A stretch of DNA of 64,000 bases. Source: an uncultured virus (IMG/VR IMGVR_UViG_3300025120_000022). Its lineage: Duplodnaviria; Heunggongvirae; Uroviricota; Caudoviricetes. The notes under the pieces were generated by a model. It worked only from the letters and a program-made list of their open reading frames with translations, did no database searches and was not told the origin of the DNA. The translations under genes were made by a program, and so were the position numbers. The DNA is taken from IMG/VR virus record IMGVR_UViG_3300025120_000022; one strand, 5' to 3'. Below, in pieces: positions 46,701 through 55,206 of this stretch (its first letter is position 1; every line of letters begins with the position of its first letter).

Positions 46701-48237
46701 CTGCATATCAGAAGTTACTGTTTCTGGTGGAGTAGTTACTCAAATTCAGGTTACCAATGGTGGTTCTGGATATCAGGTTGGAGATCTTCTGTTGATGAAT
46801 CAACTTGGCGATACCGGAAGTGGAGTACGAGTCACTGTTGGTGTTTCAGCTAGAACTAACTTGTTAGTTGTTGATAATGTGAAAGACAACTTTGCTGCTG
46901 CAAGTTCCTACAACCTCTTCAATGATGCTGGTAGTGCTACGCCAATGCCCAATATCTTATACGTCAATAATGACCCGATTAGAGATGGTAAGACAATGAA
47001 GTTTGACCATTTCAACCATGGTATGCACTCACCTCAAAATAAACTTAGAGTATACAATGTTGAAAGTGATGTAACCCCAACAACTCTGACTGCGGCAGTC
47101 AATGACGATGACTCAGTTATTAATGTTGCAGACGGAACTGCATTTGCTAATTTTGAAGGAGCAGCAGTTGGTTCTGCAAATACTGGTTATCTGTTAATTG
47201 ATAAGGAAATTATTGCTTACGAAACAATTGCGGGTAATGTTATTACTATTGAAAGTAGAAACTTTAATAATTCAGTTACAGGCAGTCTATTATCAACTCA
47301 TGCACAAAACACAAATGTGTTCAAGTATGAGGTCAATGGTGTATCACTACTTAAGGTTAATAAAGTTCATAATATTGATCAAAGAGAGAGGACATTTAAT
47401 AGTTATCATGTGAGTCTCACTGATGATACTAAGACATTCTCAACAATTAAAGCAGTTGGTGGATCTAATGTTCAGCTAACTCAAAACCTTCCATTTGAAA
47501 TTATCAGACCAAGCATTAACCTTGTCAGTCCTTCTGGAACAAATGTTTCTGCAAGAATTAAGACAACTTCTGGATCAAGTATATCTGGAACTGAAGCATC
47601 ATTCTCAAATATTGGATATGAGAGTATTACTCTGAATCAATTGAATCGTCTTGATAGTCCAAGAATGGTTGCATCTCAGATAAACGAATCTGAACTCCTT
47701 GGTGGTCAAAAATCATTTGAACTTGAAATGCTTCTATCAACTACTGACGAGAATGTATCTCCTATGGTTGATCTTGATACATGTAATATTGTTTCAATGA
47801 GTAACCTTATTAATGCACCAGATGTTGATTATACTACCGACAGCAGAGTCAATATTCCTGGATTTGATCCCCATGCTGCAATTTATGAGACCAAGAGAAT
47901 CAATCTTGAGTTTATATCCAACTCTGTGTTTGTTCAATTCGATGGACATAGAATGGGAGATTCAAACTTCAGAGTATTCTATAGACTGGTTAGAAATGAC
48001 GAAAATGAGATTGGTCAAACTTTTATCCCATTCAATGATAATGGTTTACCAGATAAATTTGTAAATCCAAATCAATCTGAGAACGGATTCAGCGAGTATA
48101 AGTATACCGCAGAAAACACACCACAGTTTAATGGATTCCAAATTAAAATTGTTATGACTTCTCCTAAACAATCTGAAGCTCCAAGAATTAAGAATCTCAG
48201 AGCAATTGCATTAAGAACATTTGATTCAGAAGAATGA
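40771..48237 (+). CDS. Large virion structural protein (VrlC/DUF4815-like)
   Basis: NLNVSPYFDDF, VLFKPG.PVQSRELT, APGADRLKI, DPLAQSF and GSLFKSQN motifs. Confidence 0.85.
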   Translation: MTQNTNLNVSPYFDDFDEDNNYNKVLFKPGFPVQSRELTTLQSILQGQIEKFGQHFFKEGAMIVPGGIIYDSIYSAVKIDPTFLDVSVSAYTSYLKDNNIEIQGEISGVKATVVNCITSAESVDSVDTIYVKYTASGFDGVTPKFTDGETLITLQDIKYSSTTIPTNNAFARAVVSEATPSGSSASISEGIFFVRGYFVKVPASTVILDQYTNSPSYKVGLQISEDIVTASSENSDLFDNAKGFSNESAPGADRLKISTTLVKKSLTDNNDANFVELLRVDKGLTQKLVNTTDYSIFKDELARRTNDESGDYYVKRFAVDIRETLNDRLGNKGIYSPNQLTQRGNTPSDDLFTLQISSGKAYVKGYEIEKIGSTSLDNEKPRTTKKKENVSVPIKIGNNIQVENLYGSPVIGFNDTSVVQLRDRRVGDNGQLDPASAIIGNARIYDFSKKNIAGIGTERFDLRLYDIQTFTTLTLGLGVTALNSALVRGVFSGATGHLKDAVSNATTLNLLDVTGQFQINEPIEINGLTVGRNITAVRDNDIRDIKSIGTVSPIFACNVAMQQTTNLITPGSSFEISGADATDPTGITTVKSASVGDFRNIPVRVHDVVSYTIPGQDLPTFNRVSTVNQGSITLVGVSSVTGICTGGTVKVDNVGTTNSLTNIQNLNVVSGILEGGNNAGKTIRLPNTSVSSINLLDSSYVIRKQTSVNIGSNLQLNFAITDFGDDTLFLEPYNQFNYTLTYANGHKEIILDSQVTISGDLKTILIKGLSQTGTSAKLTITCKRSTLTSKVKTNIRCTNLVVARSRNAGSGIGSTTMNDGLSWSSSYPYGTRVQDESISLNVPDVTRVFAIFESNDTNAPTLPSIIASTQSGTFTNNVVVGEQIIGADTGAVARVVDIVSGNQINFVYENDKFFQILETVSLQSSGITANISTLLTGDRNVSNDYTLDSGHRREFCDIARINRIKSAAEPTRQLRIVFDNLNTDESTGTVESVNSYSTLDYSKEIPITPLGRASDFIDLRPKVNTYSLSSSDSPFAFESRSFSNSNCEIAATNKTLIVDYSHYLGRIDRLYLTKDGEFLIKRGEPSEFPKLPVGNSEGFEVGILTMSPYMFNATFDSRLKLIHHKRFTMKDIGSIENRVKNLENYTTLSLLETDTKNLSVKDPNTGLDKFKSGFFVDNFRNHNGANLRGESRFDIDLKRGELRPRTTERNFTLQFETVTTEANRTDADYAWANDFSDVSITRNGPGLTLNFEEVEFINQPLATRTENLNPYHIALYAGSIDLSPATDYWIEEIVLATPDIVQFDSIFNGMSELLGTEDRENGGMAASWFNSSETTWNGDERVIDSTLTGSTVIGSNSGSSTSTSISTSTLEEGGGGINQGGNGIRRTTTTTTDSWSSTTFEDTFLDTNIETGTESVFGLELSSGLEEMSLGNRMIGMETIHNCRSRNIHVTGKKLKPNTKYYVFMESVDMNEFAFPKQLPVIMTKGSFKTGDIVDSITLTQAGTPNIQFRVAQHNHETGPFNAPIREVNPGLNAPGDNFSVVISSSYSGTSEFINIDLADLSNQTQPGHLGYVKKGMVLVNNDGTAEAKVGEIQLITDEKGEIQFSLHIPDPVIAANPKFTTGSSTIRLTSSAINSPVLDPGGSSAETDYLSSGYVTSYEEQVLAIKTPEIDRRLVETLDAIRLTQSESTSTRTEGSSSSSTDVVVGAYYDPLAQSFLITAENSNGTNSDGVYVTGGEVYFKTRDPSIPVTVQIRTMRDGTPTTLVVPFGQVNIQSNDVNISDDGSVATEFKFPTPVYLQTGYEYALVLISPTEKYLAFITRMGEEDLQLKAVYNKQPYLGSLFKSQNQSTWTPSQLEDLKFKLNKAKFVTNTPVSVSFYNSQLPRVGIRKNNPITTFSKRQFIGIPVTDTAFGSGNEIQQGTNNGKIFATGGPLSVITSPTNESILALVQPTAGVALVDSTYTGIGFTSLTGFGHNCISEVTVSGGVVTQIQVTNGGSGYQVGDLLLMNQLGDTGSGVRVTVGVSARTNLLVVDNVKDNFAAASSYNLFNDAGSATPMPNILYVNNDPIRDGKTMKFDHFNHGMHSPQNKLRVYNVESDVTPTTLTAAVNDDDSVINVADGTAFANFEGAAVGSANTGYLLIDKEIIAYETIAGNVITIESRNFNNSVTGSLLSTHAQNTNVFKYEVNGVSLLKVNKVHNIDQRERTFNSYHVSLTDDTKTFSTIKAVGGSNVQLTQNLPFEIIRPSINLVSPSGTNVSARIKTTSGSSISGTEASFSNIGYESITLNQLNRLDSPRMVASQINESELLGGQKSFELEMLLSTTDENVSPMVDLDTCNIVSMSNLINAPDVDYTTDSRVNIPGFDPHAAIYETKRINLEFISNSVFVQFDGHRMGDSNFRVFYRLVRNDENEIGQTFIPFNDNGLPDKFVNPNQSENGFSEYKYTAENTPQFNGFQIKIVMTSPKQSEAPRIKNLRAIALRTFDSEE

Positions 48238-48464
48238 GTAAGTATTTAAAAGTTAATTCAGACACATCCCTAATAAGGGATATGAATTCTGGTGCTATCA
48301 TTAATACCAACAAAGGTGAATATGATAAATTCATGAAACTTTCTAAAAAAAAGTATATTGAAAAGCAGGAAATGAATAAATTAAAAGACGATGTGAAGGA
48401 TATGAAGTCCGATATTGAGGAAATAAAGTCTCTTCTGTTATCCATAGCGAAAAATGATTTATAA
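48234..48464 (+). CDS. Hypothetical coiled-coil protein
   Basis: LIRDMNSGAIIN followed by a coiled coil. Confidence 0.8.
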   Translation: MSKYLKVNSDTSLIRDMNSGAIINTNKGEYDKFMKLSKKKYIEKQEMNKLKDDVKDMKSDIEEIKSLLLSIAKNDL

Positions 48465-48467
48465 ATA
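48460..48467 (+). promoter_or_regulatory. T4-type late promoter
   Basis: TATAAATA. Confidence 0.8.
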
Positions 48468-48496
48468 CCAGTAGATAGATCTAACTGACTGTAATA

Positions 48497-48838
48497 ATGG
48501 CAGCATATGTAAGCAACGTTGTAATTGACATTGGCGCAAACTTCGACCAATTGTTTAACCTTGAAAATAATGCAAATGCTCCACTGGATTTAACAGGATT
48601 TAATGGTGCAGCAAAATTGAAGAAATCAGCAGCTTCATTGGGAACTGCTGCTTCATTTGTCGTATCGTTTCCAAATGCAACAGAAGGACAACTGAAGATT
48701 TCTTTGGGATCTACAATTACTTCTGGATTGAAACCTGGTAGATATGTATATGATGTTCTATTAACTGATACTTCTTCACTCAAAACCAGAGTCGTAGAAG
48801 GTAGTGCTATCGTCACAGCCGGAGTTACCACGAGTTAA
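48497..48838 (+). CDS. Small virion structural protein
   Basis: GRYVYDV...RVVEG...V.AGVT motif. Confidence 0.8.
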   Translation: MAAYVSNVVIDIGANFDQLFNLENNANAPLDLTGFNGAAKLKKSAASLGTAASFVVSFPNATEGQLKISLGSTITSGLKPGRYVYDVLLTDTSSLKTRVVEGSAIVTAGVTTS

Positions 48839-48843
48839 AACAT

Positions 48844-49068
48844 ATGGCAGACATTAAAGTCAGGGTTGGATCGCAAAATGCTATCAAAGTTTTATCTTCC
48901 TTTGCTGGAGGTGGCGGAACTTTAGGTGGATTATCTGATGTTGACATATCCGCAGTTCAGAACGGTTCTGTTCTGGTATACAACGGAACAACTAATAAAT
49001 TTGAAGCAACTTTAGAATTAACGCCTGGAACAACCCAAAATTTAGATATCAACGGAGGAAACTTCTAA
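48844..49068 (+). CDS. Small structural protein
   Basis: LSDVD...GSVLVYN repeat; ends INGGNF. Confidence 0.75.
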   Translation: MADIKVRVGSQNAIKVLSSFAGGGGTLGGLSDVDISAVQNGSVLVYNGTTNKFEATLELTPGTTQNLDINGGNF

Positions 49069-49071
49069 GCC

Positions 49072-50604
49072 ATGGCAAGTATCATAAGAGTAAAAAGATC
49101 TACGGGCACTGGCGCTCCAGGTAGTCTTAATTTCGGTGAATTAGGTCTTACCGTTGGAGTAGGAACTCACGGCAATAAAGGCGGAAGAATTTTCGCTGGT
49201 GATAATTCACAAAATGCTCAGGTAGTTGGTGGTAGATATTACACCGACTTATTGAGCATCGCGCCTGGTCTGGTTGCTGGTCAAGCAAACCCGACGACAG
49301 CAGCAAATGGTTTTGTTGCACTTTTGGACCAGAACAGGAAGGTCGATCAATGGAATGTAGATAACCTAAGATTAGATACAAATACATTATCTTCTACAGA
49401 TACTGATGGGGACATCATCCTTGATCCTAATGGATCTGGTGAGATAGTCATTCCTGATGATACCAAACTTACTTTTGGTACAAGTAAGGATGTCAGTATT
49501 GAATATGATGAGAATGGCGCTAATCAAATTGTAGTCACTGGTCACGGATGGCAGTGGAACTCTCCTCAGATATTTGGTAGTGTTGGAATTTCATCTAACA
49601 CTATTTCTACCAAGTCTGGTAGTGGTAATGAACTATTCATTGACCCATTCCCCGATGGTCTGAGCAATGAAGGTACGGTTATAATCAAGGGTGACCTACA
49701 AGTTGATGGTACAACAACCACTGTTAACTCAAACGACGTTACAATTAATGATGCTATCTTTGGTATTGGTGACGTAACCAGTATCAAGACGGTCATGGGA
49801 ACCGTCGCATCTGGTGTATCTACTGTTCTGCTTGATTCAGTTGCTGGTATTAATACTGGTGACCAGCTGGCAGTATCAGGTATCGATGCTTCTGGTATTG
49901 GTACAGTTACAGCATACAATGCCTCAACTAAAGTTGTAACATTCACAGGTACAGCAGTTGGTGTTACTACCACATCACAAGTAACTGTTACTCATGGATT
50001 TGATACCAATACAGACCGTGGTATTTCATTCCAATATAATGTAAGTAGCGGAGTTGGTAATAATAAGGTTGGTTTCTTCGGTTACAACGATAGTGCTGGT
50101 GAAGGAAGTTCTGCTCCTGCAAGAGCATTTACATATGTTCCTGATGCAACTATTACTGGTAGCACGATAGCAGGAACCAGAGGTAATCTGGATATCAAGG
50201 GTATCTATTACCAGACTGGAGATTACCAAACACATGGTGTTGTATTCTTTGATGCTAATGGTTTACAGACATCTACTAACAACCCAACAGATGCTGTAAA
50301 TACAAGAACTTCTACGCAGATTATGACTGCTGTAACTGAAATCTCAATCGCCCTGCCTTCTGGACAAACGATTGCTCAGGACGCTCTGGTCACTCAGCAG
50401 AACAACAGCACAGCATTCGGTGTCTGTAAGGTATCGATTAGTGGTGGAACTACTCTTATACTGATTGGTGTTCAGGGAACTTTCGATGCTACAAACGATC
50501 TGGTCGTAAATGGCGCAAGTATTTCAGTCGCACCAACCTCGGTATCTAATGTATATACCAACAAGCCAATGTGGACAAACACTCTAGATGGAGGAACCTT
50601 CTAA
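49072..50604 (+). CDS. Fibre-like virion structural protein
   Basis: IRVKRS...P..L.FGEL N-terminus typical of fibres; GDLQVDGTTTTVNS; ends LDGGTF. Confidence 0.75.
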   Translation: MASIIRVKRSTGTGAPGSLNFGELGLTVGVGTHGNKGGRIFAGDNSQNAQVVGGRYYTDLLSIAPGLVAGQANPTTAANGFVALLDQNRKVDQWNVDNLRLDTNTLSSTDTDGDIILDPNGSGEIVIPDDTKLTFGTSKDVSIEYDENGANQIVVTGHGWQWNSPQIFGSVGISSNTISTKSGSGNELFIDPFPDGLSNEGTVIIKGDLQVDGTTTTVNSNDVTINDAIFGIGDVTSIKTVMGTVASGVSTVLLDSVAGINTGDQLAVSGIDASGIGTVTAYNASTKVVTFTGTAVGVTTTSQVTVTHGFDTNTDRGISFQYNVSSGVGNNKVGFFGYNDSAGEGSSAPARAFTYVPDATITGSTIAGTRGNLDIKGIYYQTGDYQTHGVVFFDANGLQTSTNNPTDAVNTRTSTQIMTAVTEISIALPSGQTIAQDALVTQQNNSTAFGVCKVSISGGTTLILIGVQGTFDATNDLVVNGASISVAPTSVSNVYTNKPMWTNTLDGGTF

Positions 50605-50608
50605 AATT

Positions 50609-50776
50609 ATGAATAGTGATGTTGACGTGAATATTTTGATCAAGAATTATCATTCTAAAATTTCTTCATTAATGAATCAGAATATTCTTTTAGAAGCAAA
50701 ATTGGAGTCTTTAACAAAAGACTATATTGAATTGCAAAACAAAGTTAAATATCAGGAAGCAGGTATCGAAGAATGA
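50609..50776 (+). CDS. Small coiled-coil protein
   Basis: NQNILLEAKL motif; start at ATG 50609. Confidence 0.7.
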   Translation: MNSDVDVNILIKNYHSKISSLMNQNILLEAKLESLTKDYIELQNKVKYQEAGIEE

Positions 50777-51594
50777 GCAAACCATCGACCAGACAAGAAT
50801 TGATCGATTATTGTCTTAGAAGACTTGGACATCCGGTTCTGGAAATCAACGTAGATGATGATCAGATTGATGATCTGGTAGATGACGCAATTCAACACTG
50901 GCAGGATTACCACTTTGATGGTTATCAGAGAATGTTCCTGAAGCATAAGGTTACCGAAGCAGAAAGAGAAGTACTAAAGAGTGGTATTACAACTACTACA
51001 GGAACTAATTCTTCTGGTTCTGGTATCGCATCAGTAAACTGGCAAGAGGGACAAAACTTCCTTCAACTCCCAGACCATGTTCTTGGAATTAATAAAGTTT
51101 TCAAGATGGATAACAGCACCATATCCAATGGTCTGTTCAATATTAAATATCAAATGTTCTTGAACGATGTATATCATTATGGGGCACTTGATCTCTTAAA
51201 TTACTCAATGACGAAGACGTATCTTGAGGATTTAAGTAGACTTATCACCCCAGATGTTCAGTTAAGATTCAACAGAAAGAATGGTAGATTATACGTAGAT
51301 ATTGATTGGCGTGAATTTAATGACGACACATATCTCGTATTAGACTGCTATAGACTGGTTGATCCATCTGATGCAGCATCAGTCTATAATGATTGGTGGT
51401 TAAAGAAATATACAACTTCACTGATTAAGAGACAGTGGGGTCAAAACTTAATTAAGTTCCAAGGTGTAGCACTTCCAGGCGGAGTTCAGTTAAATGGAAG
51501 ACAACTTTACGATGATGCTATGGTAGAGTTAGAAGTTCTAGAGAAGGAACTTAGAGCGACTTATGAAGAACCACCTTTCGATTTGATAGGTTGA
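50773..51594 (+). CDS. gp13: Neck protein
   Basis: YCLRRLG.PVLEINV and KRQWGQNLIKF.G..LPGG motifs. Confidence 0.92.
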   Translation: MSKPSTRQELIDYCLRRLGHPVLEINVDDDQIDDLVDDAIQHWQDYHFDGYQRMFLKHKVTEAEREVLKSGITTTTGTNSSGSGIASVNWQEGQNFLQLPDHVLGINKVFKMDNSTISNGLFNIKYQMFLNDVYHYGALDLLNYSMTKTYLEDLSRLITPDVQLRFNRKNGRLYVDIDWREFNDDTYLVLDCYRLVDPSDAASVYNDWWLKKYTTSLIKRQWGQNLIKFQGVALPGGVQLNGRQLYDDAMVELEVLEKELRATYEEPPFDLIG

Positions 51595-51600
51595 TACATC

Positions 51601-53022
51601 ATGCCATTAAACTCTTACTTTTTACAAGGATCCCAAGGAGAACAAAGACTCGTTCAGGATCTTATTAATGAACAATTAAAAATATACGGACAAGATATCA
51701 TCTATCTTCCAAGGAAGTTGGTGAGTCAAGATGCAATTTTGAATGAGACAATTGCTACTGAATTTGATGATTCATTCAGAATGGAAGCGTACCTAGCAAA
51801 CTATGAAGGGTTTGCAGGAAATGGAGATATTCTATCAAAGTTTGGTGTCCAGTCAACAGATCAGATCACTCTGATAATCTCAAAAGAGAGATATGAGGAT
51901 TTCACTAGTCCATTCTTACAAGGAGAAGACGTTATAGTATCATCAAGACCAGCAGAAGGTGACTTAATTTATCTGCCTCTTGATAATACTATCTTTGAAA
52001 TTAAATATGTAGAAGCAAAGAAACCATTCTATCAACTGAATAAGTTATTCGTCTATCAATTGAGTTGTGAAGTCTTCGATGCTGCTCTTGATGAACTGGT
52101 TGATACTGGAATCGAAGAGGTTGATCAGGCAGTATCCGACTTTATCTTCACCACCAAACTTACAATGGTTGGTCTTGATGCACAACAGGCAACAGCAACC
52201 ATTCAACTTGCAAAAGATCTTGGTGGTGGTCCAACCGATCTTGCTGTAGGTAGAGTCGATCTTGTTAATGATGGAACAGGTTATACAGTTCCACCAATTA
52301 TTGGCATTCAGACTGCACCTGGTGGTGGCGTTAATGCTACTGCTGTTGCAATTATGACTCAAAGAACTGGTCAGGTAGGTCAGTCAATTGATAGTATCCA
52401 AATCACCAATCCAGGACTTGGATATGTAACACCACCAACAATTACAATCCGTCCCCAGAATAATGATGGAACTGGTGGTATTGCAACAGCAGTTCTAACA
52501 GAAGGTACTCTTGGACTTCCAAACATTACATTTGTTGGAGTTGGGTATGGTGTAACACCAACAGTTGCAATTACAACAGCACCTGCAGGTGGAACTAATG
52601 CGACTGCTGTCGTTCTCACTAATGCTGAGGAAAAAGTTAGTGCTATTAGATACACTAATGCTGGTGCAGGATACACATTAGCACCAAACGTCACCATAGC
52701 GGTTCCAGCGACTGGAATTACCTCGGAGAACTACTTCTCTGGAGAACTCGTCAGAGGCGTTTCTACGGGCACCACAGCGTATGTTCATAAATGGGATGCC
52801 GATACTAATGTATTACAGATCACTAATGCATCCAGTAATTTTGCACTTGGAGAAATTGTTGTAGGTATTGGAACTACTCAACTTGGATCTGATGCTGCTA
52901 GAAGAATCGAAGCAATTTCAGATCAGGATGAGTTTGATGAATTTGCTGATAATATTGAAATAGAGTCAGAGGCAGATACTATTCTTGACTTTACCGAAAA
53001 GAATCCATTTGGAGAGATCTAA
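51601..53022 (+). CDS. gp14: Neck protein with an internal repeat insertion
   Basis: EQ..VQDLINE, SKFGV, RP.EGDLIY.P and DFTEKNPFG motifs. Confidence 0.9.
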   Translation: MPLNSYFLQGSQGEQRLVQDLINEQLKIYGQDIIYLPRKLVSQDAILNETIATEFDDSFRMEAYLANYEGFAGNGDILSKFGVQSTDQITLIISKERYEDFTSPFLQGEDVIVSSRPAEGDLIYLPLDNTIFEIKYVEAKKPFYQLNKLFVYQLSCEVFDAALDELVDTGIEEVDQAVSDFIFTTKLTMVGLDAQQATATIQLAKDLGGGPTDLAVGRVDLVNDGTGYTVPPIIGIQTAPGGGVNATAVAIMTQRTGQVGQSIDSIQITNPGLGYVTPPTITIRPQNNDGTGGIATAVLTEGTLGLPNITFVGVGYGVTPTVAITTAPAGGTNATAVVLTNAEEKVSAIRYTNAGAGYTLAPNVTIAVPATGITSENYFSGELVRGVSTGTTAYVHKWDADTNVLQITNASSNFALGEIVVGIGTTQLGSDAARRIEAISDQDEFDEFADNIEIESEADTILDFTEKNPFGEI

Positions 53023-53050
53023 ATAGTTAGTATAGGCAAACCATGGTATC

Positions 53051-54103
53051 ATGTTAGGAACATATTATTATCATGAGATAATACGAAAGACTATTATATC
53101 TTTTGGCACTCTCTTCAACAGCATTGAAATCCGTCACACCAAGCAGGATGGATCTAACTTTTCTACTGTAAAGGTTCCTATTGCATATGGTCCTTCTGAG
53201 AAGTTTATTGCAAGATTAGAGCAGAAACCAGATCCAAGAAGAAGAGTATCGATAACTCTTCCTAGATTGGCATTTGAAATGACATCTATTGCATATGATA
53301 GTTCCCGAAAAGTTTCTACAATGCAAACTTTTAAAACATTCACCAAAGATGGAACTAAGACAGCAAGAAAAGTCTTTATGCCTGTTCCATACAATCTAGG
53401 ATTTAGATTGTCAATCTTAACTCAATATAATGAAGATGCGATGCAAATTATTGAGCAAATTCTTCCAATATTTCAACCATCATTTAATGTAACAGTTGAT
53501 TTAGTAGAATCAATTGGTGAGAAGAGAGACGTGCCGCTGGTTTTAGAAAATATCAACTTTGAAGATAACTATACATCTGGATATGATGAGAAGAGAGTTA
53601 TTACTCATCAACTACAATTTACAGCAAAGACATATCTGTTTGGTGCTATTGCTGATAATAGTGAAGGACTTATCAAAAAAGTTCAGGTTGATTATAACAC
53701 AAGCACAAATACCAAGACTGCAAAAAGAGAACTCAGGTATGTTGCTACACCTAGAGCACTCAAGGATTATAATGATGATAACGCAACTACTCTTGCTCAG
53801 GATATTGATACAGAACAGACCAAGTTCCTAGTTACTAATGCATCAAGTCTAATTGTGGATGGATATATCTACATCGGAAAGGAATTGATACAGATTAGAG
53901 AAATTAGTGATGAAACACTCCTAGTATACAGAGGAGTTGATGGAACTCAGGCAGACAGTCACATTTCTGGAGTATCAATTGATGCAGTTACCCAGACAGA
54001 TGATGATCTGGTCGAACCCGGTGATGACTTCGGATTCAGTGAAGAACGATTTGATTTCAGTGACGGTAGAACTTATAGTCCAACTAAAGGTACAGATGTA
54101 TGA
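53051..54103 (+). CDS. gp15: Tail sheath stabiliser/terminator
   Basis: YYHEIIRK..FGTLFN, VPIAYGP, LPRLAFE and QIIEQILP.F motifs. Confidence 0.92.
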   Translation: MLGTYYYHEIIRKTIISFGTLFNSIEIRHTKQDGSNFSTVKVPIAYGPSEKFIARLEQKPDPRRRVSITLPRLAFEMTSIAYDSSRKVSTMQTFKTFTKDGTKTARKVFMPVPYNLGFRLSILTQYNEDAMQIIEQILPIFQPSFNVTVDLVESIGEKRDVPLVLENINFEDNYTSGYDEKRVITHQLQFTAKTYLFGAIADNSEGLIKKVQVDYNTSTNTKTAKRELRYVATPRALKDYNDDNATTLAQDIDTEQTKFLVTNASSLIVDGYIYIGKELIQIREISDETLLVYRGVDGTQADSHISGVSIDAVTQTDDDLVEPGDDFGFSEERFDFSDGRTYSPTKGTDV

Positions 54104-54516
54104 GTGATCAATTTGACAGCATAAATGATACCCTGGACGTTGAAGTTCAAGCGGGAGAACTTGTAAGAGAAACTAAAAAAGAACTTAAAAAAATCAATGA
54201 CCAACAAGATCATGTAAAAGATTATGAGTATACTCGTGGTAATCTGTATTCTTTAATTGAAAAGGGGCAGGAAGCAATCAACGGTATCCTTGAATTAGCA
54301 CAGGAAGGACAACAACCTAGATCATATGAAGTTGTTGGACAACTCATTAAGAGTGTTGGTGATGTGTCTGATAAGTTACTTGATCTCCAACAGAAAATGA
54401 GAGATCTAAATAAAGAGGAGAAGTCTTCTTCACCAACAACTGTAAATAATGCGTTGTTTGTTGGTTCAACTGCTGAACTTCAGAAACTTCTTAAGGACGG
54501 ATTCAAGAAAGAGTAA
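54100..54516 (+). CDS. gp16: Terminase small subunit
   Basis: DYEYTRGNL, PRSYEV and FVGSTAEL motifs. Confidence 0.9.
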   Translation: MSDQFDSINDTLDVEVQAGELVRETKKELKKINDQQDHVKDYEYTRGNLYSLIEKGQEAINGILELAQEGQQPRSYEVVGQLIKSVGDVSDKLLDLQQKMRDLNKEEKSSSPTTVNNALFVGSTAELQKLLKDGFKKE

Positions 54517-55043
54517 TGCCAGAACCCACAAGATCTAACAAAAATAATGATAGTGTTCGTGACAACGATGATAGCGGCAGTGCTAGTAATGGTACTGGGA
54601 GTGAATCTTCTAGATCCACCTCAGGACTAGGGGAAGAAAGATTCTGTGAACTTTGTGGTAAGCAAGAATATAAGGAAGAGTGTAGTTATGGTCCCAAGAT
54701 GTGGGATATGTTTACAATAAGAAATTTCAGTAAATCAGTTGTAGTTCCAGGGAAATCAACTTATGAAGAATTCAACTGGAGGAGTGAATTAGCAGAATCG
54801 TATCTTAGATTACAGGAAAGAGGAAGGACATATACTATTATCTTTAACTGGAGAGGGAGAACACTAAAAGTTCAAATATTCTTTAACAAATTCTCCAGAC
54901 CTACCAGAGAAGAAGTACGCCAGGAACTCAATAAAATATATCCTGGACCAATCGTACTATACTACAACCCATCGAAGAAAGAACCAACTTTACCATTTAT
55001 GTTTGCAGGAACTGCAGGAGGAGATGCAAATGAACCCAGATGA
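54516..55043 (+). CDS. Hypothetical protein
   Basis: Low-complexity N-terminus, CxxC and WRG..IFF..P motifs. Confidence 0.7.
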   Translation: MPEPTRSNKNNDSVRDNDDSGSASNGTGSESSRSTSGLGEERFCELCGKQEYKEECSYGPKMWDMFTIRNFSKSVVVPGKSTYEEFNWRSELAESYLRLQERGRTYTIIFNWRGRTLKVQIFFNKFSRPTREEVRQELNKIYPGPIVLYYNPSKKEPTLPFMFAGTAGGDANEPR

Positions 55044-55203
55044 TATTGAAATTACAAATTTGAATAAAGGTTTTGAGTATATTAAGATTGCAAGAGAGAT
55101 TGATGCACTGGAAGGGGTGGAAAATTTAAAAACAGTAGCAAAGTGCTACGCAAAATTATACTTAAAAACACAAGAGATTAGAGCATCTATAGGAAATATT
55201 TAA
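55030..55203 (+). CDS. Small helical protein, possibly NblA-like
   Basis: GGAGGAG SD; MNPDDIEITNLNKGFEYIKIAREID...AKCYAKLYLKTQE. Confidence 0.6.
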   Translation: MNPDDIEITNLNKGFEYIKIAREIDALEGVENLKTVAKCYAKLYLKTQEIRASIGNI

Positions 55204-55206
55204 ATT

